The notes below the pieces were generated by a model that did not search any database, was not told the DNA's origin, and saw only the letters and a program-made list of their open reading frames with translations. Positions 60,622 through 60,860 of a stretch of 60,860 bases of DNA are shown here, one piece after another (position 1 is the stretch's first letter; every line of letters starts with the position of its first letter). The translations under genes and the position numbers were made by a program. The DNA is from a virus (taxonomy: Duplodnaviria; Caudoviricetes), in IMG/VR virus record IMGVR_UViG_3300042503_001940, positions 1-60,860 of that record; one strand, 5' to 3'.

Positions 60622-60860
60622 ATGTCCCTAAACTGGTATGTCGCAAACATTAAGAATAGTGATGATGTGTGTTGGCTCACTGCCACCAAGAACAGCGTCA
60701 TGGATGGGCGTGTTCGAGGTGAGGAGTACCTACACCCCATTACTAATACCCTGATTTGGGCAACGATGGCGATTGGCCTGAGTGAGATTACCGCGGAGAA
60801 CCTTGATGAGTGGGAGGCGCGCTATGCCCTTGCCTATAAGGTGGGGTGGCTCTCTCCTCT
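60622..60860 (+). CDS. 5' part of a hypothetical (probably early) protein, truncated by window end
   Basis: AGGAGG RBS; MSLNWYVANIKNSDDVCW... open to the end of the window. Confidence 0.7.
   Translation, partial: MSLNWYVANIKNSDDVCWLTATKNSVMDGRVRGEEYLHPITNTLIWATMAIGLSEITAENLDEWEARYALAYKVGWLSP

Overview
The window is a ~61-kb segment of a large tailed dsDNA phage (siphovirus-like, roughly 55% GC by eye). The host is unknown; a Chloroflexota or Actinomycetota host is only an inference from leaderless starts, the holin type and Pro/Thr-rich secreted proteins. Positions 1-34.9 kb (+) hold neck genes interrupted by an inverted metallophosphoesterase, the tail tube, frameshifting tail chaperones, a 5156-aa tape measure protein (TMP), three large tail/fibre proteins, a C39-like endolysin, a holin and a histone-H1-like Lys/Ala/Pro protein. 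Positions 35-41.2 kb (-) hold a histone-deacetylase-family enzyme, a secreted Pro/Thr protein and a second fibre/collagen module. The terminase pair (41.3-43.2 kb, +) is detached from any head genes. Positions 43-60 kb are accessory genes: a subtilisin, four GT-A glycosyltransferases, gmd/fcl, a nucleotidyltransferase, a DUF1599-like protein, a lipoprotein, a zincin, an RlpA-like protein, many small zinc fingers, tRNA-Ile(UAU) and tRNA-Arg(UCU). The end holds an AGTTAT repeat array between divergent sigma70-type promoters. The best candidate for a new system is the TMP, which carries four tandem GNAT-acetyltransferase-like domains and an HEXXH zincin ahead of its true tape-measure domain. The same genome encodes a deacetylase, whose ribosome-binding site can be masked by a promoter-dependent hairpin, next to a Lys-rich histone-like protein. 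Together these suggest a virion-delivered lysine-acetylation writer/eraser/substrate circuit. All family calls are from motifs read by eye; no searches were run.
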